Part shown: positions 1-13,021 of the stretch, one piece after another
Position numbering within the stretch: the stretch's first letter is position 1
Layout of the letters: each line of letters starts with the position of its first letter
NCBI GenBank assembly: GCA_011109175.1
Contig: RDEW01000030.1
Location: 304,094 to 368,093, forward strand
Origin: Dicyema japonicum
Lineage: Eukaryota > Animalia > Dicyemida
DNA length: 64,000 nucleotides
Direction of reading: 5' to 3'
The notes under the pieces: model-generated
Told to the model about the DNA's origin: nothing
The model's input: the letters and a program-made list of their open reading frames with translations, nothing else
Databases searched by the model: none
Position numbers and translations under genes: made by a program

Positions 1-370
1 ACTAAACTGTCAATATTTAGGGACAATAGAGCGGGCATTTACATAAAATGCTTCCTGCTACTTTAAATGTATTGAAAATGAAACTGAGAGACAGATGTCT
101 GCAGAGCCATATCCAAAGCAAACAACATGATCTTAAATCGTGTGGCAGATAATATAAAAACTGATTGATACAACATTTTTTTCACTATGCGAAAGAAAGT
201 TTCAATTCCACTAATCAAATGATCCATGATTTCAATTACTTAGATATTTTCGAGTTGTCTGCTAGCGATCCAACATTCTTCCGGAAGTATCTCATCAAAT
301 CTCTGCAAAGGAACTCGGTCTGCGTGTCCTTCTTCATAACTGATTAAGATTTCTTCACATGGTGTAATTT
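1..370 (-). mobile_element. Possible CR1/L2-type LINE fragment at window edge
   Basis: Minus strand reads FYVNARSIVPK near 10-50, resembling the start of an APE endonuclease; heavily decayed. Confidence 0.35.
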
Positions 371-399
371 TTTCCCAAATGGAGTTCCTGGTTCTCTAC

Positions 400-660
400 C
401 TTTCTCCCTGACCAACTCCACTGATGAAGATTACCATTATGAAAACTCTTCTACCTATGAATGATGTGATATACATGGGAGTATAATGGAAACGGCGGAC
501 CTACTTCTTTCCCTCTCCTCGGAAGTCGTAGCCTGTAATGGACTATTGGAGGATAGATTTGGTTTACACAAGCAGACTTTTCCATGGGTTCCTTTCATAT
601 ATTAATTGGTTGTGACTGTGTGGGAGTCGTAGACTTGGAAAAGATTGTAAGCTTGTGGTT
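400..660 (+). repeat. Dispersed repeat X; other copies 1640-1690 (+), 7060-7330 (-), 48445-48680 (+)
   Basis: Shared blocks such as ccctgaccaa..ctgatgaagatt..atgaaaact and cctgtaatg(g/a)a(c/a)tattgga(g/a)gat..cacaagcaga in the longer copies; the 1640 copy has only the first block. Confidence 0.7.
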
Positions 661-2848
661 AATAAAAAAATAGAAATAAATAACCTTACTATTTCTAGGC
701 GCGAGAATTTCTCGTTTGCAAATCCAACTGTGATCACAGTTCTATAATGTTTCTTCCAAATCCACCAAATGACAAAATTTGACGGGGGTGCTAATCTTGG
801 TGTCTATCCAATTTTCTAATTTTCTCTCATATTTAAATTTAAGTTTACCTTATCCACATAGTTATATGATGCCTCAAACTTGAATTTAAATATCTCTTGA
901 GTTCCTCGTTCAACAATTAGTAATCTCTGCGTCATGCCAGCCGGAAATACTGTTTTTATTCCCCCCAAAGTGGATTGTCTGTATCCCTAATATCTAATAA
1001 TGTTTTGTCTAACCTTTCAAAAGCACGTTTATGTTACATTGTACGTTGGCCCCTGATTATTAGATGTTCTTGTGTTGAGCCAATCTCCAATTTTCGTTTA
1101 ATATTCCTTAATGTTCACTACTACCTCCCCAAATATAAAATAAACCAGCGGTAAAAAGGAGTTTAAAAGTCAAGTAATCAATTTTTCTTTGAATTTTTTC
1201 GTAGAGAAGTATTGATGTTTTCACTATTAACCTCCACGTGAGCGGGAAAAGATTTTTATTTTTTAAAAAATAAGAACAGCTCATTAATGAAGGGGTCGAA
1301 AAAATAAATGTTCTAACTTTTTTTGATTAAGTGTGAGTCCCGGTAGAAAATCCGGTTCCCATGTGATTTACCACTAATGGCGACATCACTCGTTAAGCCA
1401 GGGAAGATGGTAGATGGAACCTTCAGCGGAATAGAAAACTTCTACATGACTTCATTAGTAGAAATGTGCCTACCGTGTTATATTCCTTGATTTTTTATTC
1501 TCCCTCCGGTTGTAAAGTGCAGATTCCTTGATCAGTTACTTTATGTATGTACTTACATGCATATTTGATGGCCTTAATATAATTTCAGAACTCTACATTG
1601 CTATTTTCATTAAACAGTTGTCGAAGGTTTCCTTCATTCATTCCCTGACCAAATCCACTGGTGAAGATTTCCTTTGTGAAAATATCTCGCTTATTTAATT
1701 CAACTTTGTAGGAGGATTTATTAGCAATAAATATAGGAATTCATGTCTTAATTACTTTGCTTTATTTCCCACACGGTCTCCATCTCTAATCTGATGCAAA
1801 ACATTTCATTTTTACCCTATATTTGAAGAAAAATTTTTCGACCTCTTCTTTACTTGGGAGTCGATCCAATGTGGTCCCTAACTTTAATCTGATAATAAAA
1901 ATGTCATTTTACACTTATGTAGGAATTTTTTACCTCTTCTAAACCGGGGATCAATCTTTCCTTGTTGCTTTATCTTGGATTCGTGCTAAAAGATCATTTA
2001 CCTCATTTTAGGGTCACAATTTAATTCGCTTCCGATTTCCTTGGAAAACAGCTAATTACCCTGGAAATACTGAGGGAGGAGTTAATAGTTGACAACCTGG
2101 ACAAATGTTTGAAGATCGAAGCTAGTCAAAAAGGGCTTCTAAAATTACGGAACGATGGACTTCTAAAAAGTCACAGTCTCCAATGCCTCTGGAATCCTTA
2201 ATACGTAAGAACCGAGAAAAATTCAGTTGTGACTACGAGGATCCAGTTATATCTCCGATACATGATTGTGTGGTCAATGGAGGAGCATCGGGACAAGTTG
2301 AGGTGTTTATTAGAGCGTAATGGGATCACGCCTAATTAAATGTATTCGATTCCCACGGACCAGAAGCAGAGTCCTTCAATATCACAAGTTCATCCGAATC
2401 AGGTAGATAGCTCCAGCAGAAACCTCGATGATTCTATGACCAAAATCGCTTTCTTTTCTAGGGTCGTTGATACCAAAAAGTATGAGAGACAGCCGCTAAG
2501 AGGGATAGCTGATTGAGCGCATTTCTGTACAAATCCTAAGGGGGATGTGCTCAATCACGATAGCTTACTACTTTATAACACTTTGTAAGGTGAATAATCT
2601 ATTTGAGAGTTCACTTCAACTTGTAAGTCAATTGCCTTCATCCTTTTGATATTTGGGAGTTAAGGGTATAAGCAAGTATAGTTTTGAAGTGAACTAAGAT
2701 TAGAAAAAACTAATAAGGATTTTAAAAATGTTGTTTGCTGAACACACGAGGATTTTAAAGTTAATTTAAACACATAAAAGCGGATTTTCGGATTTTGGAG
2801 AATCAAAAATTTTCTATAATACAAAATAATCGCGTTAGAGTTAGAAAT

Positions 2849-3724
2849 ATGAACTATCTGGGGGACAATAAGTTGAAAAACAACTGGAATACTTCGGATG
2901 ACGACGAGATTCATAATGTACAGGTCCTCGATATACTTTAGCCTAATGATTCGAGCTGGTCCGTAGATCTGCAGTCTTCAGTTCTCAATATTCAGCAGAA
3001 TCCACAATGTATTCCAATAAACTAACGTTAGATCACAACCGCTTCTATTCTGATAACAGAGTTCCGCATGATTACGAGTTTTATACTCATGCTTACGTTC
3101 CTAATGTTGGGGACAATTTTATATACACCAACTCACTCCCTCCTTTAGAATCACAACTAAAATTGTCTCAGAGTGGCTATGGAGAGTATCCAAGATATAA
3201 CTTCTTCAGAAATAACCGACAATATAACAGTATGAGTGACATATAGCTCAGATTCCGGGTTGATGCCTTCCGTGAACTTTAACCTTAACTATTGCCAAAA
3301 AGAGATCAACATTTACGTTAACAATTATCCCAAACCGAATGAGTACACGAGGACCACTGATAACTGCAGTTACATGCCGGGTGCTCTACCAAATTATGTC
3401 GGTCAAGAAAATAAATTTCAATTCTCCAACAGCAAAATCCACCTTTGGGAATTCCTCCGCGATCTCTTGGACGCGGACTGCACCGAATGTCTGTATTGGT
3501 TAGATAAATCAAAAGGTACAAGTTCACATTACAAAATAGGTATATTTAGGATTGAAAATTCCCACCTGCTTGCTGAATTGTGGGGGAAGAGGAAAAACAG
3601 ACCCTTCATGAACTATGACAAACTAAGCAGATCCATCAGGCAGTATTACAAAAAAGGGATCATGAGGAGAGCAAAGAACTATCGACGTCTTGTTTATCAA
3701 TTTTGTATTCCCGACAAAAAATAA
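2849..3724 (+). CDS. SPDEF: ETS-domain transcription factor, SPDEF/PDEF-like, 260 aa, 4 introns
   Basis: GT-AG introns at 2918-2941 (24 nt), 3009-3031 (23), 3230-3251 (22) and 3516-3539 (24) give a 783-nt open CDS. C-terminal IHLWEFLRDLL...WLDKSKGIFRIENSHLLAELWGKRKNRPFMNYDKLSRSIRQYYKKGIM...RLVYQF is an ETS domain; KLSRSIRQYYKKGI is typical of the SPDEF subfamily. ETS domain certain, subfamily likely. Confidence 0.9.
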
Positions 3725-3889
3725 GCTTTTTAACAATTTTAATGAAAGATGCGTTCTTATTTTGTTTTATTGATTACTTCAGGATTTACTCTAAAAATAG
3801 TCTTAAAAAGATTATCGCATCCGCTTAAAATAATCAGCTTAATACAAAAACCTAGAATGTCATTATTTTCATATCTCACGGAAAATCAC

Positions 3890-4160
3890 TTGTTTGGGAC
3901 TCCACATGTGTGAACACCTTCAGTTCGCACTCATCTGGAGGCCGACAAAGTGGAGGTGGGGAAAATACGAAAGTCAGCGATAACTACCATTTGACTCCTA
4001 TTGTGATGGAGACTTCTGGGGTCGTGGGAGAGAAGACGGAAGCATTTCTCTCCAGTATAAGACGAAGGCTTGCTTCAAAGACATGAAAGGCTCTGATTGA
4101 GGCAGAGGCTCGAAATGGTGGTGATCAGAAAATTCGCCTTCGCAATCCTGGCCTCATAAC
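3890..4160 (+). mobile_element. CRE-clade non-LTR element, REL endonuclease/3' fragment
   Basis: WDSTCVNTF, YHLTPIVMETSGVVG, LRQRLEM motifs, shared with other CRE fragments in the window. Confidence 0.65.
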
Positions 4161-4881
4161 TAAAAGACTTTACTTAATTTTTCCAAACTGAGTCGTCTCC
4201 ACATGGCGGTTAAATGATAAATGAATTTCTCTTCCAAAACGTAGAACGAATAGAAAGACATGTTTACTCCTCTGCAAAGAACCTGGGAACTAATTTGAAA
4301 ACACGTAGTCCTGAAGAAGGACACCCAGATTGAGTTCCCATGTTGACATTGGTGAAGGAAATTACGGAAAAGTTTGGATCGTTGATGGATCATTCTAGAA
4401 GAATTCGGAAATTAAAGGCTAGCTTAATCGGTTGGCTGTGACGCCTTCTTTGATGATGATCTTGGAATGAAATAAAATTTTTAAAGACAAAAGCAAAGCA
4501 AAACTATCTAACCCACGTGATCTCAACACACTCCATCAGTGATCTAATCTTTGCTGAGGTTTCTTCCTCAAACCCACACAGGCACGTATTGGGCGATGAT
4601 CATAGTTACACAAACGTACCTTCAGTTCTTAGGAATAGAAGCTTCCAGAAGAGTTGATGAAAAGTATTTCTTCCCAAAAGTTTATCGGTCCGTAACTCTG
4701 ATCGCCCTTTTCAGGCAATCTTCGATCTTCAATGCATTTGTCTTGAAGATATATCATGATTGTAGGAACGAAAAAAATTCATTAAAAATTTAATAATTAA
4801 AGAAAATATAAATGTTAGAATGTGATTATTTTATTCCCCTAACTTTGTTAATGCGGCGCTTTCCTTTATGACCGCTATCGA

Positions 4882-5038
4882 CTCCACTGGAGGGGTTTCC
4901 ACAACTGCATGTAATGGACGTCTTACCCTTTATGCTGATTCCGGATGGACTCTCTGTAGAAGTGGAAACTGGATACACTTAATTAGTTGTTTACTTTAAC
5001 TTTTTTCTCTGTGTATCCGGGGTTAATAAATAATAATA
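4882..5038 (+). mobile_element. 157-bp 5'-truncated retroposon with 14-bp TSD; further copies 50200-50352 (-) and about 17035-17200 (+, diverged)
   Basis: ATGACCGCTATCGA at 4868-4881 and 5039-5052; (TAA)n tail; highly similar inverted copy at 50.2 kb. Confidence 0.85.
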
Positions 5039-6449
5039 ATGACCGCTATCGAGACAAACTAGAGTTTCACGGTCATCATGCCTTCTGAGCGAAAAAATAC
5101 GTCCGAGTTTCTTGAGGAAGACCGGGGACTTATTGATTACCGTCCGTATGTCTCGACAGATTGCACGGAAGATATATTGTCAAAAAGTCCCCTATAGTTT
5201 TTTTATTTAGTTCTCTCTGCTTTCTCTGTGTCGGAAAGTGCCTTTACCGCACTCCTGATGAAGTTAAGACTCACTGTGTGATCTATATTTGCAAACAAAT
5301 CGAGTGGAAACAACGATAGGTAGGAAACGAGGGTGCAAACAATAAATATCTTTGTAATCGATAAAATAAAAAACATCACATTGATAAAGGTCAGAATCAC
5401 ATCCAACAGTCAGTGAAACAAGTGGAGGTTGAGAAATTGCATAAGTACGACTTGTTTGCAAATGAATTATTATTACCCCAGGATCACTGGGTCAAAGAGA
5501 AAGAAATAAAAGTTCTCAACTAACTAAGTGATCCCAGATCGACAGCGGAGATAACGAGTCCGGCGGGATCGAGAGACCTGTACTGTTCTTCCCATCGGAC
5601 ATGGCAAATGAAGTAAACGTAATTCTAAAATGGGAATGGTATTCAAATTCTAAGGGAATTACCGCTTAATGTGGAAGGCTTTATACGAGTATATATTCGA
5701 AAAACCTTGAAGTGTATGTGAATAGAATACAATACAAGCTAGAATACCCCCATCTCAAATTAAATGTGAAGAAGAAATTTCCAGAGAAGTGGACACTCAA
5801 CTCCATAATTCAAATGAAGAGCCAAAGTCGAGAAGGGTCTAAGAATTCACTCTCTGCTCTTTGCCTTCTATTTTTACAATCGCTATTGGATCCACATAAC
5901 TCAGCGGATTCCCAATGTCTTGCCGACATCCAAAAAAGAATCCGTCTTTGCATACTTCAATGGCGAGGTTCTGATAATACAGTAGAGGGGTTGGAAAAAA
6001 TTTAGGGTCTCAGCCTCTTCCGAAAATATTTGAGAAAATATGGCTGGACTAGTTGGTGTGTTAGTCTATAGAAGATCTTGGACTTGAAATTATAGAGGTT
6101 TGCATGCTTTGTCGTGATAAGAATATCTTCCACATTTATCTGCTTGTGGGTTGATATTGGTCAAATGGAATTTATAAGATTACATCCCCTTTTAACTCAT
6201 TAATATATCTGATTGCTTAATACACTCGGGACAATTTCGGTGAAATCACGGAATCGACTTCACCGTGAGATTGACGACAAATAGGAGAAAAGACAAGCTA
6301 ACTTGGAAGATTGAAAAAGTCTTCCGCCGTACAGCAATATCTGGCCTGATTTGTCCAATAACCACGAAAACTGATGCTCTCCCAACGGTCTATCAGTTGA
6401 CGTGATCCATAGCAACCTTAAAATTAAATGCATGTCAATGACCACTATT

Positions 6450-6577
6450 TATTTATATATACCCCAGTCCCATCAAGTGAAAGAAACCGGTGGCTAACAA
6501 AAACATAGCAACCAAGAGGGACTCTCATAGAGATCCGACAGGTATATTTGGTTCTTAGAGAACTAGAAGGTGGACCC
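6450..6577 (-). mobile_element. 128-bp retro-insertion with 16-bp TSD
   Basis: GTCAATGACCACTATT at 6434-6449 and 6578-6593; A/T-rich tail at the left end. Confidence 0.8.
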
Positions 6578-7361
6578 GTCAATGACCACTATTCAGATAA
6601 GAATGAATTTTAGAAGCAAAAGAACTTGAGAAACGTGGTAAATTTATTAGACTATGAAAGGAAACCTAAGAAAGTTAGTTGCCTCCATCCTTCCTCATAC
6701 TTTCCTACAATTAAATATTAACTTGAACTCTTTGTGAGTCACAGTCATCCAAAGATCTTTAAAGTAATGCTAAATGTACCCAAAAATCGAAGGTAGTATT
6801 GGATTGCAGATTTCCCCTGGTCTATGCCATTCTCCAAGAGGACACTGATACATCTCTTGGTCACTTTTTGCAGTTAAGTCGGAAGGAGGCAACACCTATT
6901 AGTCACACAACAGAAAACCATATCAAATGCGGCAAATATTACTGGCAACTGAATTTATACGAATTTCCCTGCGTTTAATTGATTGATAGGTTGACCGTCG
7001 GGAAATATGCATTGACAGGACAAGTGTCAGTCTATGGTTAACTGCAGGACGCTCAGGTGCACTAGTCTGGTGGACTGTTTCAATCTTCCCAAGGTGAATA
7101 TAACCAATTTATAATAGACTTGGGAGATACTGGAAAAAAAGTTTGAAATAAAGGGAGAACGTCTGCTTGTGCTATCAAATCCATCTTCCAATAGTCCATT
7201 ACAGGTTTCCACTTCAGAAAAGAGGTTGAGTTAGGTCCACCCTCTTCAATTTTTATGAGACGCCCTACCGCGGACATCACTTCATTCTTAGACAGAAGAG
7301 TTTTCATAACGAAAATCTTCACCACTAAATTTGGTAAAGGAAAAGGTAGGAAGATTCCTTT

Positions 7362-7910
7362 CAACTAGTGTTCGTCCAAGAAGTACTCATCGTCTCACCG
7401 GTGGGATTTGTTTGACGAGAATTGATTTAACTGAAAAGTCCATCTTTCGGATTCCATCCCACAACTTTAAGATCCGATGTCATCAGACGTTACGTTCAGA
7501 CAAAAAGGCTACTACCTCGTTTGACATTAACTAATAATAACAGCCTTTTCACGAGAGCCATAATATTTATAGCTCCGCATAGGAAGGACACACACTTTAT
7601 TTAAGTAAAGAACAGTTAATTTTAACTAATCTTGGAACCAAGGAATGATCTTCTCTTCTTTTTTTTCTTATGTGTGGGTCCTTTCTAGACAATCCAGTTC
7701 CGCAGTGTGTATCCACTGATGACGGCGTCACTCGTCAAACCCTTTTGGCATCGTAGATGCGTGGAACCTTCCAACAGGTGAACAGCAGCGAGAATCGAAC
7801 CCGTAACCTAAGTCACTTTAGCCCGACACTTAACCACTATGCTACCCGGCTTTTTCAAATAAAAAAATAATTTTATATATCTAATTTATTTAGAAAACAT
7901 GAATAATTTA
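7362..7910 (+). repeat. Dispersed repeat Y interrupted by the SINE; uninterrupted copy at 46795-47005
   Basis: tcgtccaagaagtactcatcgtctcaccgg...ttgacattaact and tttttcaaataaaaaa...agaaaacatgaata are contiguous at 46.9 kb but flank the SINE here. Confidence 0.85.
7533..7850 (-). mobile_element. Full-length tRNA-derived SINE; other copies about 8405-8660, 8790-9000, 20230-20340, 20391-20690, 20990-21125, 41900-41985, 51203-51418, 61982-62272
   Basis: Pol III A box (TAGCATAGTGG) and B box (GGTTCGATTCTC), core GGAAGGTTCCACGCATCTACGATG...GACGAGTGACGCCGTCATC, and 3' tail ending (TTA)n. Confidence 0.9.
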
Positions 7911-7989
7911 ATTAAATTATTTGTTGTTTTGGAGATAAATAGATCGAAACTGCTAAATTGGATTTTTTGCATTATCGGGCGATACTGTT

Positions 7990-8380
7990 ACACACAGGAA
8001 AAAACTTTGAAAAATCGAAATTGGAGGAAGTTTAAGCATTTTTAGGGCTTCCACGTGCTCATGGGATCAGGGTCATATGGAAAGTTTGTAGGTGAATACT
8101 TAAATCAAAAGATTCAATCAACTCAAAAATGAATATCGTATACAAGTAATTCAAATGGAAAATTTGGCCAATTAACCGACATTTTGAAAAAGATGGTTTA
8201 TGACATTAACTACTATTCACAAGCCATTCGATATTTTTGAGAGTTACTTCGGAAAATGCAAAATGAAATTGAGGTACTTCATTCGATTACCGGAAACGAT
8301 GATTGCCAAGAAATAGACTATACTGATCTACAGAATGACGATGGATTGTTCACGATCAGACAATTGGGAATCTGAAAAGG
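7990..8380 (+). mobile_element. Probable decayed protein-primed family-B DNA polymerase fragment (Polinton/Maverick-like)
   Basis: One frame with in-frame stops: KFVGEYLNQK...SNSNGKFGQLTD...F*ELLRKMQNEIEV...NDDCQEIDY. GKFGQ plus the downstream F-x-LL...EV...NDD...Y spacing resembles Polinton PolB motif B. Confidence 0.5.
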
Positions 8381-9009
8381 GTTGTACAATGTGTAAAAAA
8401 ACTACAGGACACGCACTTTATTTAAGTAAAGAACAGTTATTATAAATAATCGATGAGGGAGAACCAGGGAATTTTCTTCATTTCTTTTTTCTTTTTGTTG
8501 GGTTTATGTCCTTTAAAGAAGATCGGTCTCGCAGTGAAATGTTCACCGATGACGGCTTCACTAGTCAACCCAAAGCATCGTTTATGTGTGGAACCTTCAA
8601 CCGAAATCTATAACAGCGATAGTTGAATTAGGGACCATCAGGCGCCCGGCACTCGTTACACTGCCCCAGAAACACTGTGTGAAATAAGAAAATGGCAATT
8701 TGATAAAGAGACCGCGATACTATGTACAACAGTGATGAAAACGAAAACAACAGAAACTTTTCATTATATGATTAAGTTTAATAATAACTCAGCCTTTCCA
8801 CCAACGAATATGCATGTTTCCATTACTCATCTAGCTTAGGCAGGACTACACTTTATTTAAGAAGTAAAAAACAGTCATGCTAATTAATCCAAGGCCAAGA
8901 CATTGAAGGTGTTCTTAATTTCTTTTTCTTTTCCTTCTGCTTGCATGTAAGTCCCTGAGACAATCCGATTCCTCAGTGATTAATGACGTCACTCCTCAAT
9001 TCCAGAAAT

Positions 9010-9780
9010 GACAGAATTTGTACGGAGGTAATTGGGAATTTGTGTGCGAAGAGGAAGACTTCCGCCGTGCAATGGCCGCAATTTCTACTTATCTCCGCGA
9101 CGTCTTGGTCACCCAACTGGAAAATGCAATTTTTCTTGGCTCTCCTCTACACTGCAATAATGTGTCAGCTCTCCTGGAGGAAAAAAGTACATCACTCCAA
9201 CAATTCATTTCCAATTTACAAACCCTGGACTCCCACATGTCTTTATTCTTCTTCATGAATTTTTACCTTACGACTCCTTTTTCTCCTACAGACAGCCCCA
9301 TGTTTCACGGACATGAACTTTCTGAGAGTCATCGACGAGAAGCTGAGGACTGCCGTTGAAGAATCGCTCAACATGTCTTTTGATAAAACTGGCTGGATCA
9401 AATGCAAAATACCCCTTAGCTACGGAGGAATCGGAATACGCTCACAACTAGAACTCGTCCTCCCGGCCTTCCTTTCTTCGACATATGCTTCCAGTGGTCT
9501 CACACGCCAGATCCTACGCTACATTAACGGATCGGCCGCTGAACAAGTGGCATGCATGGCTCGGGAAGTCTGGACGTGACTGGGTTTGGATTCCCGAAAA
9601 AAGCTAATAAACAACGAGAATGTATGACCCGCTGGCATTTAGCACGCAATGGAAGTTACCCTTCATGATCGAGAGCCCAATGTTCAGAAAGAGTCATTGT
9701 GTTACTCTAGGCTCTCCCTTCCGCAGTCCTGCAAGCCGCCTGATGAACTCTGCCGCGCTGGGGTTAACTACGTCAGACGT
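9010..9780 (+). mobile_element. CRE-clade retrotransposon, RT C-terminal region, decayed
   Basis: IFLGSPL, KIPLSYGGIGIRSQLELVLPAFLSS. Confidence 0.75.
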
Positions 9781-10849
9781 CTCAACTGAGACTGGAAGAA
9801 GGCGAACCGATCCCCAATATTTTTTATATTATAAAAGAAGTATTGGCAGTTAGACAACTTTGTTTTTGAAACCTTCAATAGTTTATGGAAGATTCAGGTT
9901 TTATTCAGGGGACATTATGATCTTCTCATCACTTGTGCAGCACCACGGACAAATTTTCAACGAGACGCCTCCGCGCTCTCTTTTAGGATGTGATTTTCCG
10001 AAGAGCATCTAGGTTCTCTACTCCAACTGGCTTAAGGACATTTTCAAAGAATATTGGCTTGAAAATAGCGAGAAAATTAAAATTTGATTTTTTCAAAGCA
10101 TCAAGCTAATGGCTGTACTGAAAGAGATGGATCTTGGTGCCGGACAGATATTGGGCGTCTCCTAAGTTAGTTGGATCCAATAATGCCTCTAGGAATAGTC
10201 TTATAACGCCCGGAGATCTATTACTCATTCAAAGGGAATCATTAGACATTTACCTCCAGAGGTAATTTCCTTGGCCACACGTAGGTGACACCAATCCTGG
10301 GAGTGATGTTTACCAGGGACTTACATTCACAACACATGTTGAGAATCGGGCGGCAGCACCTACGGGAATGAGGATCCTGAAGATAATCTCAAACCCCTCG
10401 GAAGAAACGCTGTTCCCCTTTCCACTATCTACCGGAAATTTGTACACCCGGCATTGACCTACGCAAGTGAGTGGTGGCCATTTACGCTCCTCTCTCCTCA
10501 AACTGTTCGCAATCCAGGAAGCTTTCAAAGAAGTAATTGACCGCAACTTTGTGTCGTTCCCTGTGGAAACAGTTTTGGTAGGATGACGACGGTAGTTGGT
10601 GAGGGTGACTACTCTACCTAACAGTCCCCTCTACGAAGCCACCACCAAATACTAAAAAAACCACCCAAGATATAAAATAACTCCATGTCCTTTCTGGAGA
10701 GCAATCCAGGATTCTCGTCCACATCGGTTAGGATCTTTCCCATGTTGGTCTGGGGTCACTTAGATATAGGAACTTTCTTTCGTATTAACACGATGATCCT
10801 GGGGTAATAATCTTTAAATTTTATTAACGTAAGAATTGTAAAATGAAAG

Positions 10850-11199
10850 TCAGTAAGTCCACGAATCGGAGTTGATCATTTCAGTCAGGGAAGAATTGAG
10901 GGATCCCTTATTTCTGATAAGGACTCGTTCGGCAGTTTTTCTGTCGACCTCCATTTGACTAACCTTGTCTATGAAATAACTATAGTACAATGAAATTAAC
11001 GTCAGTTTCTCTGATCTTCACTAACTTCTCCTTCGGGACTGCAGTTTTAGCATTTTCAGGAATTTTTAATGCCTATAGGGATTAATCGGAAAACTACGGT
11101 CGGGGCATCAATTTCACCGTTATCAAGGAAAGTGCCTACATTTTCCATCTTTTTAACTCCGTCGTCATACTTTGATGATTTCTTATTCTTAATGCCCAT
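10850..11199 (-). CDS. HYPK: Huntingtin-interacting protein K-like, 99 aa, 2 introns; absent from ORF track
   Basis: ATG at 11199; introns 11073-11097 and 10964-10988 (25 nt each) give a 300-nt CDS. MGIKNKKSSKYDDGVKKMENVGTFLDNGEI...EKLVKIRETDVNFIVSQMEVDRKTAERVLIRNKGSLNSSLTEMIN matches the HYPK pattern (KHDxG motif; C-terminal UBA-like region). Confidence 0.8.
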
Positions 11200-11289
11200 G
11201 AGAGACACAACGAAATAAATCAGAAAATTTTAAACTTTATAATTTATTTAAATTAAATAAAAATACAATATATTGATTTTGATGCTGGA

Positions 11290-12700
11290 AAGTGTTTGAG
11301 CTGGTGACCTGGCTCGTAAACACTATGTCTGGAAAGCATGGAATTCATGTGCTAGACTTCTTCTTGACGTTCAATGTCAGAGGGCTCCTGGAAGCAAGAT
11401 GGAGACTATTTGGATATATACTTCATCTGAACCTTGGGTCTCGCAAACGTGACCATGGAGGATTAATTTGTTCTGTACGCTCCGCGTTTTCATGGCCGAC
11501 CAACAAACCGTCCTTGATGAGGACCTTAAGGAAATCGGTAGATGCTTCAAGTACGAGGAAGACCTCGAGAGGCTGCGGGCGTAGCAAAGAGTCGTCAAGG
11601 ATTGAAGAAGTTAACTAGTAGTTTGATTCCTCGTGTTGCACATTTTTTGTCGAAAGTGGCTACCCTTATCTAAAGAAGAACCATTATTACTTATTTTTGT
11701 AAAAACAATCAAGATTTCTGGGCTGGTGGCGTAGTTTTTGAAACAGAATCTAATTGCGACAGACATTAGCCTCCCCTCGTTCAATGTCATGGGACTGTCC
11801 TAAGTCTGGAAGGGAAAAACCTTGTGTGAAGACCTAAAGAAATACAAAGTAGATATATGATGTCTTTATGAGACTAAATAACAAATCGATACGATCAGCA
11901 TCACTGAGATTATTACTTAATCTCCCTGCCTAGTGAATCAAACCATTATGCCCTAGGTTTGCCATATGGTTGTATATCACGATACTGGACCACTAACGAC
12001 AGAATTGGCGTTCTATAATAAATGACTCGCCCTCTAAGATATACCTAACAACTATAAATATGTATGTACCCCAAAACGAATGGATTGAAAGAATCCTGAG
12101 GAAATTGATGGTTTCTGCACTGCATTCTCAACTGTTTACTATGAACATTCTTTATTGATATTTTTTGGCACTTGGATCTAGGTGGAAGAAACATATATGG
12201 GAAAGGGTGGTATGGGGGAAGAAACCTACGAGGAGCCTTGCTCGCCAATTTCTGCCAGGCTAATAACTTAGAATCTGTAACACGGCTTTTATGCACTCAA
12301 CCAGACACATAACTACGTGGTCAGGTCCCAGGACGAGTTCTGACGGCCATGTTAACAAAATCATGAATTCATCACATGCCGCTATAAAGACATAACTATT
12401 TTAAATAATGCTCGCTCATATGGTGGATCGATCATAAAACGGTCATTGCTAGACTCTCATTAAGGAAGCATCTAGCTTAGCGAAGAATGCAAGGGAAACA
12501 CTAAAATGTACAGGATTACATCCGAGATAATATAATCTGGACAGCTGAAAAAATCGATACCAACTGTGTCTCTGGGTACAGGCAACATTTTGATCGGAAT
12601 TCCACCTATGTATGGAAGAATACATAGATCTCTAAATTAGTGACCTCGAATGTAGAAAATCAAACATTTGATGATGATTCCTATAATCCACAACCTCCTC
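11290..12700 (+). mobile_element. RTE-clade fragments: 3' end (11290-11600) and APE region (11780-12700)
   Basis: LEARWRLFGYILHL; FNVMGLSKSG at about 11780; many stops and frameshifts. Confidence 0.55.
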
Positions 12701-13021
12701 ATATAAATAAAGGAAGTGTCTTACTTTAAATTCTACAAATTTGGACAGGTTCTAACAATCCAGCTACATAAATTTCTAATCAGATAAAACCGTGGTTGTG
12801 CCCAAGAGAATTTAAAGAGAAAATAAGTGCCTTCAACTGATAGCTTAGGAATCTAACTCACAGCTAAATGTGACGCAAGCTACAGCACTACCTACTACGT
12901 TACTTAGTCACCTCATAAGTTCTCGCTTCCAAAAACGATATTTTAATATTCTTTTATTAACAATGTTTTAAATTTAAATTATTTTATTTAAAAAAATAAA
13001 TAAAAATAATTCTTGTTATCT

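Noticed and set aside
8055-8110. MGSGSYGKF resembling a protein-kinase glycine loop
   Set aside because: No VAxK, HRD or DFG follows; the downstream GKFGQ context fits PolB better.
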